Source of the DNA: an uncultured delta proteobacterium
GTDB lineage: Bacteria > Myxococcota > Myxococcia > Myxococcales > Myxococcaceae
NCBI GenBank assembly: GCA_963776345.1
Contig: CAVZMH010000016.1
Span: forward strand, 384,001 to 448,000
Direction: 5' to 3'
DNA length: 64,000 nucleotides
Of this stretch, positions 29,553 to 40,045 are shown in pieces (within the stretch, counting starts at the first letter, position 1; every line of letters starts with the position of its first letter). The translations under genes and the position numbers were made by a program. The notes under the pieces are model-generated. The model saw nothing but the letters and a program-made list of their open reading frames with translations, was not told the DNA's origin and ran no database searches.

Positions 29553-31303
29553 CGGCCGCCCTCCTCGAGCGCGCGGGCCACGGCCGCTCCGAGCGCCTGG
29601 TGAACCTCGACGTTGGCCGCGCGGTCGACGACGCGCGCCTCGACGATGCGGAGCCCCGGCGCGCCGGCGTCCTCGAGCGCGGCCGCGAGGGCGGCGGGCG
29701 TCTCGGCGCGGGTGAAGCGGGCCCCGCCCAGCGCTGCCGCCGCCGAGAGGTCGGTCCCGTGCGGGGTGCCGAAGAGCGCCTCGAAGCGGGGGGTGCTCCC
29801 GGCGATGGGGAGGAAGGAGAAGATGCCGCCGCCGTCGTTGTTGACCACCACCACCGTCAGCGGAAGGCCGGCGCGGCGGGCGTGCACCAGGGCGCCGAGG
29901 TCGTGCAGGAAGGCCAGGTCGCCGACCAGCGCCACCGTGGGCGCCCCCGACGCCGCGGCGACGCCGAGCGCGGTGCTCAGGTTCCCGTCGATGCCGTTCA
30001 GCCCGCGGTTGGCGAGGACGCGGACCGGGCCGGCCGGCGCCGGGGCGAAGGCGTCGACGTCGCGGACGGGCATGCTGCTCCCGAGGACGAGGCGTGCCCC
30101 GGCGGGGAGCGCGGAGACGACGGCACGGGCGACCCCCGGCTCGGTGAGCCGGCGCTCGGCGGCGAGGCACGAGGCGAGGGCGGCCTCGGCGCGGGCGTCG
30201 GCCCGGGCGAACCCCTCCGCCCACGCGGCCCGTCTCGGCGCGGTGGCGGCGGTGAGCGCCTCGCAGATGGCGACGGCGTCACCCTCGAGGACCAGGGCCG
30301 CGCGGTGCGCTGGGTCCACCGGCTGGGGACCCTCCGAGACCAGCACCACCTCGGCGCCCGAGCCGTCGAGCCACTCGGAGACCCGGCGCGAGGACAGACC
30401 GCCGCCGAGGCGGACGACCAGGTCCGGCCGCGAGGCGAGCGCCCAGCCCTCGTTCCGGAGGAGCAGGTCGAGGTGGGAGATGACGGGCTGCCCGGGCGCC
30501 CAGCGGACGTTGCTCGCGGCCTCCGCCAGCACCGGGTAGCCGTGTGACGCCGCGAGGGCGCGCACCGCCGTGGCCAGGCGATCCGCCGGGGCGCGCGGAC
30601 CGACGACGACCACACCGCGCTCGGTGGCGGCGAGACGACGGCGGACCGCCTCGAGCTCCGGGTCGGGCGGAAGCGAGGCCGCGGCCACGGTGCGGACGAA
30701 GGGCGCCCCTGCCCTACCCTCCAGCGCCTCGCCGTCGAGGCCGGCGGGCATCGGCGCGTCGGGCACCGGGGCGAGCGGCTCGCGGAAGGGCACGTCGAGG
30801 TGCACCGGCCCGCCCGGGCGGGCGACGGCGGCCGAGACCGCGCGCGAGACGACGGCGCGGAGGTGCCGGAAGGCGGCCGCGCTCGCCTCGGGGACGGGGA
30901 GGCTCTCGGAGGTCCGGACGAAGCGGCCGAAGAGGCCGGCCTGCGGCAGGGTCTGGGCGGCGCCGAAGCCGTGCAGCTCCCAGGGCCGGTCGGCGGTGAG
31001 CGCCACCAGCGGCACGCCGGAGGCCCAGGCCTCGACCAGCGCGGGGAAGAGGTGCGCGCCCGCGCTGCCGGAGGTGACGAGGACGGCCACCGGGCGACCC
31101 GACTCCAGGGCGAGGCCCAGGGCGAAGAAGCCGGCCACACGCTCGTCGAGCACCACCCAGCTCCGGACCCCCGGGCCGGCCTCGGCGGCGGCGAGGGCGA
31201 GCGGGGCGCTGCGCGACCCCGGGCAGACGACGACCTCGCCCACCCCGCCACGCTGGAGCTCCTGGACCAGCGCCCGCGCCCAGAGCGTGTTGAGCGAGGG
31301 CAT
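29549..31303 (-). CDS. menD: SEPHCHC synthase
   Basis: CPGSRSAPL, DERVAGFFALG, TADRP, NRGLNGIDG, GDLAFLHD, NNDGGGIF. Confidence 0.96.
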   Translation of the reverse strand: MPSLNTLWARALVQELQRGGVGEVVVCPGSRSAPLALAAAEAGPGVRSWVVLDERVAGFFALGLALESGRPVAVLVTSGSAGAHLFPALVEAWASGVPLVALTADRPWELHGFGAAQTLPQAGLFGRFVRTSESLPVPEASAAAFRHLRAVVSRAVSAAVARPGGPVHLDVPFREPLAPVPDAPMPAGLDGEALEGRAGAPFVRTVAAASLPPDPELEAVRRRLAATERGVVVVGPRAPADRLATAVRALAASHGYPVLAEAASNVRWAPGQPVISHLDLLLRNEGWALASRPDLVVRLGGGLSSRRVSEWLDGSGAEVVLVSEGPQPVDPAHRAALVLEGDAVAICEALTAATAPRRAAWAEGFARADARAEAALASCLAAERRLTEPGVARAVVSALPAGARLVLGSSMPVRDVDAFAPAPAGPVRVLANRGLNGIDGNLSTALGVAAASGAPTVALVGDLAFLHDLGALVHARRAGLPLTVVVVNNDGGGIFSFLPIAGSTPRFEALFGTPHGTDLSAAAALGGARFTRAETPAALAAALEDAGAPGLRIVEARVVDRAANVEVHQALGAAVARALEEGGR

Positions 31304-31310
31304 GCCCGAG

Positions 31311-32606
31311 TCAGCCCTCCATCCCCAGCGCGCGGAGCATGAAGCGCGCCTTCACCGCGGTCTCGGACCACTCGCCGTCGGCGGTGGACCCCGGCACGCA
31401 GCCGGCGCCGGAGAACAGCCGGGCGCTCGCGCCCCGGACCAGGGCACAGCGAAGCGCGACCCGGAGGTCGGCCCGGTCCGGCCCGAGCCAGCCGATGGCG
31501 CCTGCGTACCAGCCGCGAGCGAGCCGCTCGTGTCCGCGGAGGAAGGCGAGCGCCTCACCGCGCGGCGTCCCGCCGACGGCCGCCGTGGGGTGCAGTGCGC
31601 GGACCACGTCGCCGGGCGTGACGCCCGGGCGGAGGCGCGCCCGCACCGGCGTGCGGAGGTGCGAGACGTACCCGAGCGCGAGCGGCTCGGGAGCCGCGCC
31701 GATCTCCACCTCCGCCGAGAGCGGGAGGAGCGCCGTCCGGATGCTCTCCACCACCGCGGCGTGCTCGCGGGCCTCCTTGCGGCCGCCGGTGAGGCGGTCG
31801 AGCTCTCCCGGCCCCGCGCTGCTGGCCAGGGCCTGCGTCTCGAGGCGGCCCGCCTCCAGGGAGAAGAGCCGCTCGGGGCTGGCGCCGAGGAGCGTGGTGC
31901 CGTCGTCGGCGCGGAGCTCGTACCCCACCGCCGGGCCGGCGATGGCACGCATCCGCGCCCGGACGGCCGGGATGTCGAGCGGCCCGTCGGCCTCGAGCTC
32001 CAGCGCACGGGCGAGCACCACCTTCCGGAGGTGCCCGGTCTCGAAGGCGGCGAGCGCCTCGGAGACCAGCGCGTCCCAGGCCGGGCGATCCTGCGGCCGG
32101 ATGCGGAGGGACCGGCCCCGCGCGCCAGCGGTGTCCTCTGCCTGGCGCTCGCTCAGCGTCCGCTGGGCCTCCTGGAGGAGCGCGCCGGCCCGCTCGCGCG
32201 CGACGGAGAGTCCGTCGTCCTCCACCCGGACGAAGGCCAGGAGGTGCGCCGAGCGTCCGTCGGTGCCGAGGAGGACCCGGGGCACGAAGGCCCAGGCCGG
32301 GGGGAAGGCCTCCCACCACCGGTCGATCGGTGCGGTCGCATCGAAGGCGAAGCCGCCGAACCAGGGGGCCGGCGGGACCGGGCCCGCGTGCTCGACCAGG
32401 ACCTCGGACCCGGCGACGGCGTCCAGGAGCGGGCCGTGGCCCGGAGCACGGACGGCGGCGGACACCCCGGTCCCCGACCAGCTCCACGCGCCGTCGGACC
32501 AGGAGAGCATCCAGGGTTCCGGAAGGCTGGCGGCGGGCGCGACCGGGGCGCCAATGCCGAGGACCTGCACGCGACGGGGGGTGATTCCTTGCATGAGGTG
32601 ACGCAT
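31311..32606 (-). CDS. menF: Isochorismate synthase (start uncertain)
   Basis: [39 protein letters not shown] chorismate-binding motifs. Confidence 0.9.
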   Translation of the reverse strand: MRHLMQGITPRRVQVLGIGAPVAPAASLPEPWMLSWSDGAWSWSGTGVSAAVRAPGHGPLLDAVAGSEVLVEHAGPVPPAPWFGGFAFDATAPIDRWWEAFPPAWAFVPRVLLGTDGRSAHLLAFVRVEDDGLSVARERAGALLQEAQRTLSERQAEDTAGARGRSLRIRPQDRPAWDALVSEALAAFETGHLRKVVLARALELEADGPLDIPAVRARMRAIAGPAVGYELRADDGTTLLGASPERLFSLEAGRLETQALASSAGPGELDRLTGGRKEAREHAAVVESIRTALLPLSAEVEIGAAPEPLALGYVSHLRTPVRARLRPGVTPGDVVRALHPTAAVGGTPRGEALAFLRGHERLARGWYAGAIGWLGPDRADLRVALRCALVRGASARLFSGAGCVPGSTADGEWSETAVKARFMLRALGMEG

Positions 32607-32668
32607 CGAATGCTGGACGACGATGCGGTTGAGGTTCTACGTCCGGCGGGCTATCCCTGCACGCGGAA

Positions 32669-32695
32669 GTTCAAGGAGCCTTGAACCCCTTGAAT
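32669..32695. promoter_or_regulatory. Palindromic operator candidate GTTCAAG-N4-CTTGAAC plus an extra half-site, in the menF/aroF divergent region
   Basis: GTTCAAGGAGCCTTGAAC at 32669-32686, then CTTGAAT at 32689-32695. Confidence 0.7.
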
Positions 32696-32706
32696 TCCAC
32701 AACCCG

Positions 32707-33597
32707 ATGAGACCCACAAGCCCTGCCGTCGATCCCTCGGTGCCGGCGCGCGTCCTGAGGTCCGCCCGTCCCTCCGGCACCCGGGTCACCGTGGGGCCGG
32801 TGGAGATCGGCGGGCCGGCCTTCGTGGTCGCCGCGGGCCCCTGCGCGGTGGAGAGCGCCGCCCAGACCGAGAGCGCGGCCGAGGCGGTGGCCGCATCCGG
32901 CGCCCATCTCCTGAGAGGCGGGGCCTACAAGCCCCGGACCAGCCCCTACGCGTTCCAGGGCCTGGGCGATGCGGGCCTGTCCATCCTCGGCCGCTCTGGC
33001 GGGCGGCACGGGCTGCCGGTGGTGGCCGAGGTGCTGGAGACGTCCCAGCTCGCCTCGATGATCGACCACGTGGACGTGCTCCAGATCGGCGCTCGGAACA
33101 TGCAGAACTTCGCGTTGCTCCGGGCGCTGGGGAAGGTGCGGCGGCCGGTGCTCCTCAAGCGCGGCTTCGCGGCGACGGTGGACGAGTGGCTGCTCGCGGC
33201 CGAGTACCTGCTCGACGGCGGCAACACCCAGGTCATCCTCTGCGAGCGCGGCATCCGGACGTTCGAGACGGCGACGCGGAACACGCTCGACCTCGCCTCG
33301 GTGGCGCTGGTGAAGCAGCGGAGCCACCTCCCGGTGCTGGTCGACCCCTCGCACGCGACGGGCCTCCGCGAGCTGGTCATCCCCATGGCGCTGGCCGCGG
33401 CGGCTGCCGGCGCGGACGGGCTCCTGGTCGAGGTGCACGCCCGGCCCGAGGAGGCGCTCTGCGACGGCCGGCAGGCCCTGACGCCGGAGCTGTTCTCCGA
33501 GCTGATGCAGCGGCTTCCCCCGGTGCTCCAGGCCGTGGGGCGCACGCTCCACCGCCGTGTCGCCGCCTCGCCGGCGGTGCGGGCCGTCTCGCCATGA
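32707..33597 (+). CDS. aroF: DAHP synthase, type I-beta
   Basis: [49 protein letters not shown]. Confidence 0.94.
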   Translation: MRPTSPAVDPSVPARVLRSARPSGTRVTVGPVEIGGPAFVVAAGPCAVESAAQTESAAEAVAASGAHLLRGGAYKPRTSPYAFQGLGDAGLSILGRSGGRHGLPVVAEVLETSQLASMIDHVDVLQIGARNMQNFALLRALGKVRRPVLLKRGFAATVDEWLLAAEYLLDGGNTQVILCERGIRTFETATRNTLDLASVALVKQRSHLPVLVDPSHATGLRELVIPMALAAAAAGADGLLVEVHARPEEALCDGRQALTPELFSELMQRLPPVLQAVGRTLHRRVAASPAVRAVSP

Positions 33598-34277
33598 GCG
33601 AGCAGGTCCGGGAGATGTTCTCGTCGATCGCGACGAGGTACGACGTCGCCAACATCGTCCTCAGCTTCGGCGTGGACCGCTGGTGGCGGCAGGTGACGGT
33701 GAGGACGGCGGGGACCGGGCCGGGCACGCGGGTGCTCGACTGCGCGACGGGCACCGGCGACCTGGCACTGGCCTTCCGCCGGACGGGGGCCGAGGTGGTG
33801 GGGACCGACTTCTGCGCCCCGATGCTCGGCCCGGCGCAGGAGAAGGCGCGGGCCGCCGGGCTGGAGGTGAGGTTCGAGGTGGCGGACGCGATGGCGCTCC
33901 CCTACCCCGACGCGAGCTTCGACGTGGCGTCGATCTCCTTCGGCATCCGCAACGTGGACGACCCGGTGAAGTGTCTCCAGGAAATGGCGCGGGTGGTGAA
34001 GCCGGGAGGCCAGGTGCTGGTGCTGGAGTTCGGCCAGCCGCGCGGGCTCTGGGGAGCGCTGTACCGCTTCTACTCGCGGGTGGTGATGCCGGCCGTCGGC
34101 GGCTTCCTCACGGGCAATCGCGCCGCCTACCAGTATCTCCCACGGACGGCGGCGGCGTTCCCCGCGGGCGAGCGCTTCGTCGAGCTGATGGACCGCGCCG
34201 GCGCGTTCCGCGAGCGGTCGGCGCGGGCCTTCACCGGCGGCATCACCTGGCTGTACCGGGGAGTGGTCGCAGGCTGA
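33594..34277 (+). CDS. menG: Demethylmenaquinone methyltransferase (UbiE/MenG)
   Basis: [33 protein letters not shown] overlap with aroF. Confidence 0.93.
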   Translation: MSEQVREMFSSIATRYDVANIVLSFGVDRWWRQVTVRTAGTGPGTRVLDCATGTGDLALAFRRTGAEVVGTDFCAPMLGPAQEKARAAGLEVRFEVADAMALPYPDASFDVASISFGIRNVDDPVKCLQEMARVVKPGGQVLVLEFGQPRGLWGALYRFYSRVVMPAVGGFLTGNRAAYQYLPRTAAAFPAGERFVELMDRAGAFRERSARAFTGGITWLYRGVVAG

Positions 34278-34393
34278 CCCGGAGTGCGTCCGGAGGTGGG
34301 ACGTCACCGCGCGTCATCGGGATCGAGCGGCGACTGATCCAGACGGGGGCACACCGGGCCGTTAGGGTCCGCGCTCCCTTTTTCCAGGAGCCC

Positions 34394-34954
34394 GTGTTGA
34401 CCCTGTCCCGATCGATTCTTCTCTTCCCCGTGCTGGCGGTGTTCGGATGTGCCACGACCGAGTCGCTGCGCCTGCGAGCGCCGCGGCGACAGCGGCGCCC
34501 TGGCTCGACCGACCGTGCCCGCGGAGATCGCGGCACCGGCGAGCGCGACCCGGTGCTGCAGCTCGCGGCGAGGGAACGCAGAACTACAAGTGCCAGGCGA
34601 CGACCGGCGGTGCCGGAGTGGAAGCTGGTCGCTCCCGAGGCGGACCTCTCCAGCCAGCCGGGAGGAGCGGTGGTCGGGAAGCACGGCGCCGGTCCCTCCT
34701 GGACGCTGAACGACGGAAGCGGCGCCAAGGGTGACGGGCGAACGCGAAGCGGCCGCCGTCACCCGAGGCGGCGCGATTCTCTGGCTGCTCATCCCCGCGA
34801 CCTCGAACGGCCAGCCCGGTGGCCTCCAGGGGTGACGCTCGTCCAGCGCGTCGACACTCACGGCGGCGCCGCTCCCGCGACGGGCTGCGACGCGGCGAGC
34901 GTGGGGGCCGAGACGAAGGTTCCCTACACCGCCACGTACGTCTTCTACCGGTAG
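34394..34954 (+). pseudogene. DUF3455-like lipoprotein with several frameshifts (pseudogene or sequence error)
   Basis: Lipobox AVFGC; fragments GTQNYKC, WKLVAPEADL, GKHGAGPSW, VQRVDTHGGAAP..C..VPYTATYVFY are spread over different frames. Confidence 0.7.
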
Positions 34955-35035
34955 CGCCCGAGCCTCGAGCGGCGGCGGACGAAGAGGGGGTCGAGCACGT
35001 CATCGGCCAGCGTCTCGAGAGCTCCCGGGCGCCCG

Positions 35036-35443
35036 TCACGCGAGCTCGAGCTCGACCCCGTCCTCGGACTCGCGTCCTCCGGGCCCGTGCCGCCGAAAGA
35101 TGGACACGAGCTCGTCGAAGAGGCTCGGCCCTTCCCCACGCCGGGCGGCCTCGAGCCGCTCCCGGAGGGCGGGCACGTTGCTCGGGTGACAGCGGGCGAG
35201 CACGGCTTCCAGGTGCCGCACCATTGCGGACTGACCCAGGCACTCGCGCGAACGCTCAGAGTGGCACCAGCGGATGACGAATCCGCCCTGGGGCGTGCCG
35301 AACCCTCCACGAAGCACGTCGTTCAGAGCGTCGAGGTTGCGACCCCACACCTGGTCCGATGCAACCAACTTCCGAGAGACCTCATCATAGAAGCCCAGGA
35401 GATCGTCGAACGTCCGTCCGTCGATCTCGATGACCGGCTTCAC
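35036..35443 (-). CDS. Barstar-family protein
   Basis: IEIDG...FYDEV...WGRNLDALNDVLRGGFG barstar signature. Confidence 0.8.
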   Translation of the reverse strand: MKPVIEIDGRTFDDLLGFYDEVSRKLVASDQVWGRNLDALNDVLRGGFGTPQGGFVIRWCHSERSRECLGQSAMVRHLEAVLARCHPSNVPALRERLEAARRGEGPSLFDELVSIFRRHGPGGRESEDGVELELA

Positions 35444-35447
35444 ACGC

Positions 35448-36101
35448 TCAGAGCCGTGACGTCTCGAAGTCGTAGATCTTGTCCACCGCGATCTGCCGGT
35501 ACCGCTCCGCCTTCAGCGCGCGCTTCGCCGCCTCCCACGTCAGCTGGACCGGCGGCGCGTCGGGCATGACCTTCTTCCGGCGCTTCACTTCCTTCTTGAT
35601 CGCCTTCACCGCCTCGCGGGGGTGGAAGCAGAACGCCGCGCTGAACACCAGCGCCCCGTCGAAGGGGATCAGCCGCGCCTCGATGACGTCGCCCTTCTCC
35701 AGGCCCACGGTGTGCCGGCGCTCGGTGACCTCGAACTCCTTGCCGCCGAAGAGCTCGCGCAGCCGCACGATGCCCGGCTTGATCTTCCGGACCTCGAAGA
35801 GCCCGTGCACCGTCTCGGTGAAGCTCCGGAACGCCGTCAGCTCGGCCGCGTCGCCCGCGGCCGCATTGGCCTCGAAGACCTCCTCCGCCGGGGTGCGGCC
35901 GCTCTCCGGCCGCTTCCGGTCGAAGAGGTAGTAGTCGAGGAACGACGCCATCCTCATCTCGAACTGCTTGTCGTCCTCGAAGACCTCGCCGGTCCGCTGG
36001 AAGTACTCGGCCTTCGCGGCGAGGAGATCCGGCTTGCGCTCCTCGGTGCTGGCGTGCGCGATGAGCTGGTCCAGGTACGGCTGGTAGGGCAATGGATGCA
36101 T
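35448..36101 (-). CDS. Hypothetical protein
   Basis: Strongly host-like codon usage, globular composition, directly downstream of carA. Confidence 0.75.
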   Translation of the reverse strand: MHPLPYQPYLDQLIAHASTEERKPDLLAAKAEYFQRTGEVFEDDKQFEMRMASFLDYYLFDRKRPESGRTPAEEVFEANAAAGDAAELTAFRSFTETVHGLFEVRKIKPGIVRLRELFGGKEFEVTERRHTVGLEKGDVIEARLIPFDGALVFSAAFCFHPREAVKAIKKEVKRRKKVMPDAPPVQLTWEAAKRALKAERYRQIAVDKIYDFETSRL

Positions 36102-36120
36102 CCGGAGTGGGGGCCCGATC

Positions 36121-37233
36121 TTAGCGCGCCATCGCCTGGGTGAAGCGGGCGAACAGATGGCGCGCGTCATGCGGACCCGGGCTCGACTCGGGGTGGTACT
36201 GGACGCTGAAGGCGCGCGCGTCGGGGATCTCCAGCCCCTCCACGGTGTGGTCGTTGAGGTTCACGTGGGTGACGTTCGCCTTTCCCTTGACCGAGGCCTC
36301 GTCCACCGCGAACCCGTGGTTCTGGGCGGTGATCTCCACCTTCCCGGTGAGGAGGTCCTTCACCGGCTGGTTCGCCCCCCGGTGCCCGAACTTCATCTTG
36401 TAGGTGGTGCCGCCGATGGCCCGGGCGAGGATCTGGTGCCCGAGGCAGATGCCGAACACCGGCACCTTGCCCAGGAGCGTGGCCACCGCGCGGTCCGCCC
36501 CGGCGACGGCCGCCGGATCTCCGGGGCCGTTGGTGAGGAACACGCCGCTGGGCCGCTTGGCCAGGACCTCCTCCACGGGCGTGGCCGCGGGGACGACGGT
36601 GACCCGGCACCCCGCGTCGACCAGCAGCTGGATCATCGCCTTCTTCAGGCCGTAGTCGTAGGCCACCACCTCGAAGCGGAGCTGGGGCGGGGGCCGGGCC
36701 GGGGCGAACACCGAGGGGCTGGGCTCGGTGGAGACGTAGGGCTTCCGGGTGCTGATGCCGGACACCAGATCTTGCCCCTCCATGCCGGGGGCGCGACGTG
36801 CCCGCTCGACCAGGGCGGCGGGCGAGTGCCCCTCGCTGGAGATGACGCCCATCTGGGCGCCGCGGGTCCGGATGTGCCGGACCAGCTTCCGGGTGTCGAT
36901 GCCCTGCAGACCCACCACGCCGTGGCGCCTCAGGTATGCGTCGAGCGTCTCCACGGCCCGCCAGTTGCTCGCGGCCTCGGAGACGGAGCGGACGACCATT
37001 CCCACGGCGTGGGGCCGGGCGCTCTCGTCGTCCACCGGGTTGGCGCCGACGTTCCCCATCTCCGGCGCGGCCATGGTGACGACCTGGCCAACGTAGGACG
37101 GGTCGGTGAGGATCTCCTGGTAGCCGCTCATCGAGGTGTTGAAGACCACCTCGCCCACCGTCTCGCCGGTGGCGCCGAACGCCTGTCCCTCGAACGTCGT
37201 CCCGTCTGCCAGAGCCAGAATGGCTCGCTTCAT
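36121..37233 (-). CDS. carA: Carbamoyl-phosphate synthase small subunit
   Basis: [44 protein letters not shown]. Confidence 0.97.
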   Translation of the reverse strand: MKRAILALADGTTFEGQAFGATGETVGEVVFNTSMSGYQEILTDPSYVGQVVTMAAPEMGNVGANPVDDESARPHAVGMVVRSVSEAASNWRAVETLDAYLRRHGVVGLQGIDTRKLVRHIRTRGAQMGVISSEGHSPAALVERARRAPGMEGQDLVSGISTRKPYVSTEPSPSVFAPARPPPQLRFEVVAYDYGLKKAMIQLLVDAGCRVTVVPAATPVEEVLAKRPSGVFLTNGPGDPAAVAGADRAVATLLGKVPVFGICLGHQILARAIGGTTYKMKFGHRGANQPVKDLLTGKVEITAQNHGFAVDEASVKGKANVTHVNLNDHTVEGLEIPDARAFSVQYHPESSPGPHDARHLFARFTQAMAR

Positions 37234-38522
37234 CGTCTCTCCTCGAGGGGCCACACCGTCCGGCCTCCCACCACGGTCCGCACCACCCGCCCGGTGACCT
37301 TTCTACCCTCGTACGGGGTGTTCCGGCTCTTGGACTGGAATCGTGCCGCCTCGATCGTCCACTCGGCGGAGGGGTCCACCAGCGTGACATCCGCGGGCGC
37401 GCCGGAGGCAAGGTGCCCGCCCGGGAGCCCGAAGGCCGCGGCCGGGCCCGAGGTGAGCAGCTCGATGGCCCGGACCGGCGAGAGCACCCCGGCGCGGACC
37501 AGCTCCAGGGTCAAGGGCAGCGCGGTCTCCAGACCGATGACCCCGTTGGCCGCCTCGGCGTACGGGACCTGCTTGTCCATGACGCCGTGGGGGGCGTGGT
37601 CGGTGGCGATGGCGTCGATGGTTCCGTCGGCCAGGCCCTCGCGGACCGCGGCGACGTCCTCGGGGTGGCGCAGCGGCGGGTTCATCTTGGCGTGGGTGTT
37701 CCAGCCCTCCACCGCCTCGTCGGTCAGGGTGAAGTGGTGCGGGGCCGCCTCGGCGGTGACGCGGAGCCCCCGCCGCTTCGCCTCGCGGAGGAGACCGACG
37801 CTGGCCGCGCAGCTCACGTGGGCCACGTGCAACCGGCCACCGACCTCCTCGAGCAGGACCAGGTCCCGGGCCACCATCACCACCTCGGCCGAGCGCGGAA
37901 TCGGAAGCAGACCCATCCGCGTCGCCCGCGGGCCCTCGGTGAGCGCCCCGCCCGCGGAGAGCGTCAGGTCCTCCTCGTGGACCATGACCGGGAGCCCGAG
38001 CGGGGCGGTGTAGACCAACACCCGGCGCATGAGGCTGGCGCTCATCACCGGCCGGCCGTCATCGGTCACCGCCACGCAGCCGGCGTCCACCAGCGCGCCG
38101 ATCTCCGCCATCTCCTCGCCCTGGAGACCCTTGCTGATCGCACCCACCGGGTAGACGCGCGCCAGCTTCGCCTCCTGGGCGCGCTGGCGGATGAGACCGG
38201 TGACGAGCGCCGAGTCGTTGACCGGTCTGGTGTTCGGCATCGCGACCACCGAGGTGAAGCCGCCGGCGACGGCCGCCCGACACCCCGTGAGGATGGTCTC
38301 CTTCCCCTCCTCGCCTGGCTCGCGGAGGTGCACGTGCAGGTCGACGAAGCCGGGGGTCACCCAGAGCCCCTGCGCCTGGACCTCCTCGGCCCCGTCGAGC
38401 GGGAGCGGCCGCTCGGAGACCGCGGCGACCTTCCCGGCTTCCAGCCGCACGTCGCGCACGCCGTCGACGCGGTTCCGCGGGTCGATGACCCGGCCGCCCC
38501 GGATGAGCAGCGCCCCGCTCAT
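37230..38522 (-). CDS. pyrC: Dihydroorotase
   Basis: [37 protein letters not shown]. Confidence 0.95.
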   Translation of the reverse strand: MSGALLIRGGRVIDPRNRVDGVRDVRLEAGKVAAVSERPLPLDGAEEVQAQGLWVTPGFVDLHVHLREPGEEGKETILTGCRAAVAGGFTSVVAMPNTRPVNDSALVTGLIRQRAQEAKLARVYPVGAISKGLQGEEMAEIGALVDAGCVAVTDDGRPVMSASLMRRVLVYTAPLGLPVMVHEEDLTLSAGGALTEGPRATRMGLLPIPRSAEVVMVARDLVLLEEVGGRLHVAHVSCAASVGLLREAKRRGLRVTAEAAPHHFTLTDEAVEGWNTHAKMNPPLRHPEDVAAVREGLADGTIDAIATDHAPHGVMDKQVPYAEAANGVIGLETALPLTLELVRAGVLSPVRAIELLTSGPAAAFGLPGGHLASGAPADVTLVDPSAEWTIEAARFQSKSRNTPYEGRKVTGRVVRTVVGGRTVWPLEERR

Positions 38523-39431
38523 CCGCAGGCCTCCAGGATCGCCATCCGCACCGCCACTCCGTTCGCCACCTGCTCGAGGATGACGTTCGCCGGGCCGTCC
38601 GCCACCTCGGGCGCGAGCTCCACGCCCCGGTTCACCGGCCCGGGGTGCATCACCACCGCGCCGGGCTTGAGCGCCCGGACCCGCCCCAGCGTGAGGCCGA
38701 ACGCCGTCGCGTACTCGCGCGAGGTGGGGAACATGGACTCTCTTCTGTCTCTCGAGCTGCACCCGGAGCATCATCACCGCGTCCGCCTCCTCGAGCGCCG
38801 CGTCGATGGAGGGGAGCACCTGGGCGCCGAGCGCCTCCAGCCCGACCGGGACCAGCGTGGGGGGACCGGCCACCACCACCCGCGCCCCGAGCGTGGTGAG
38901 GCAGTACAGGTTGCTCCTCGCCACCCGGCTGTGCAGGACGTCGCCCACGATGGCCACGGTTTTGCCCTCCAGCGTGCCCCAGCGCTCGTGGAGGGTGAAG
39001 GCATCGAGCAGCGCCTGCGAGGGGTGGGCGTGGGTGCCGTCGCCGGCGTTCACCACCGAGCAGCGGACGTGCCGGGAGACCAGGTGCGCCGCCCCGGAGG
39101 CGGGGTGGCGGAGGACGATGGTGCTCGCCCCGAGCGCCTCCACGTTCCGCACCGTGTCCACCAGCGACTCGCCCTTGGAGACGCTGGAGGTGGCGGCGTT
39201 GAAGTTGAGGACGTCGGCCCCGAGCGCTTTCGCCGCCCGCTCGAACGACAGCCGGGTCCGGGTGCTGTTCTCGAAGAAGAGGTTGGCCACCACCCGGCCG
39301 GCGAGCGACCGGAGCGGGGTCCCCGCCCGGAGCCCGCGGGCGTGGAGCCGGGCGCGCCCGAAGAGCAGCTCGATGTCGTGGCGGGGCATGCCCTCGGTCG
39401 ACAGGAGATTCCGCGGCGAGAACGGGTTCAC
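38519..39431 (-). CDS. pyrB: Aspartate carbamoyltransferase catalytic subunit, frameshifted near 38745
   Basis: FFENSTRTRLSF, KGESL, NAGDG.HAHPSQ, MLRVQLER in one frame; MHPGPVNRGVE..QVANGVAVRMA in another. Confidence 0.92.
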
Positions 39432-39851
39432 CTGACCCGTCCCTCGCGGGTGGTGTGGAAGCGGAGCGTCCAGTAACGGTTCAGGGGCTTCAGCCTGACC
39501 GTCCGGGCGTAGTCCACGGTCACCCGGCCCGACTTTCCGTCCGCGCCGCGCTCGATCTGCACGTCGTCCGGCTCCAGGCCGAGCCCCGGGGACCTCGATC
39601 TGCTTGCCGTCCTGCTCCTCCCAGTGGCTGCCCACCCTGGAGAGGCGCAAGGCGACCATCTTCTGGATTCCCGCTGCATCCAGGGACGAATTCTCCGCGG
39701 TGAGCTGACCCACGCCCGCCGCGAGCGCCTCACGGACGTCGAGGTCGTCGAGCCAGAGCGGAACGTAGATCCAGGCCAGGTAGGCTCCGGAAACGACGGC
39801 GACGAGCAGGGTCAGGCTGACCAGATTCACCGCGCCGCGGAGCCGTCGCAC
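39428..39851 (-). CDS. Pilin-like single-TM protein (DUF4845-like), frameshifted near 39590
   Basis: RG + hydrophobic N-terminal helix; C-terminal VTVDY...RFH in a second frame; follows lepB. Confidence 0.55.
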
Positions 39852-39935
39852 GAGCCCGTCGGATACGCTGCCTGCCCCCCGCCGTCAATGGCCGCCCTCC
39901 ACGGCCCGGGAGGGCTGGACGCGCCGCATCGGGCC

Positions 39936-40038
39936 AGCCCCCACACCAGGGGGACGCCTGCGGAAGCGCGCCGGAGCGCGCCAGCGAGCCCCCCACACCG
40001 GGGGGACGCCTGCGGAAGCGCGCGGGAGCGCGCCAGCG
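39936..40038. repeat. Two tandem ~51-bp REP-like hairpin-rich units
   Basis: 39936-39986 and 39987-40038 are near identical; each has CCCCC-N-GGGGG and GCGCGC-N4-GCGCGC stems. Confidence 0.8.
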
Positions 40039-40045
40039 ATCGGGC

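Noticed and set aside
38730..38760. Programmed frameshift in pyrB
   Set aside because: No canonical slippery heptamer; similar indels in unrelated genes point to sequence error.
37230..39851. 873-aa apparent fusion of membrane protein, PyrB and PyrC
   Set aside because: Artefact of two frameshifts; separate starts exist at 39431 and 38522.
39936..40038. Possible CRISPR mini-array
   Set aside because: Only two abutting copies, no spacer, no cas genes.
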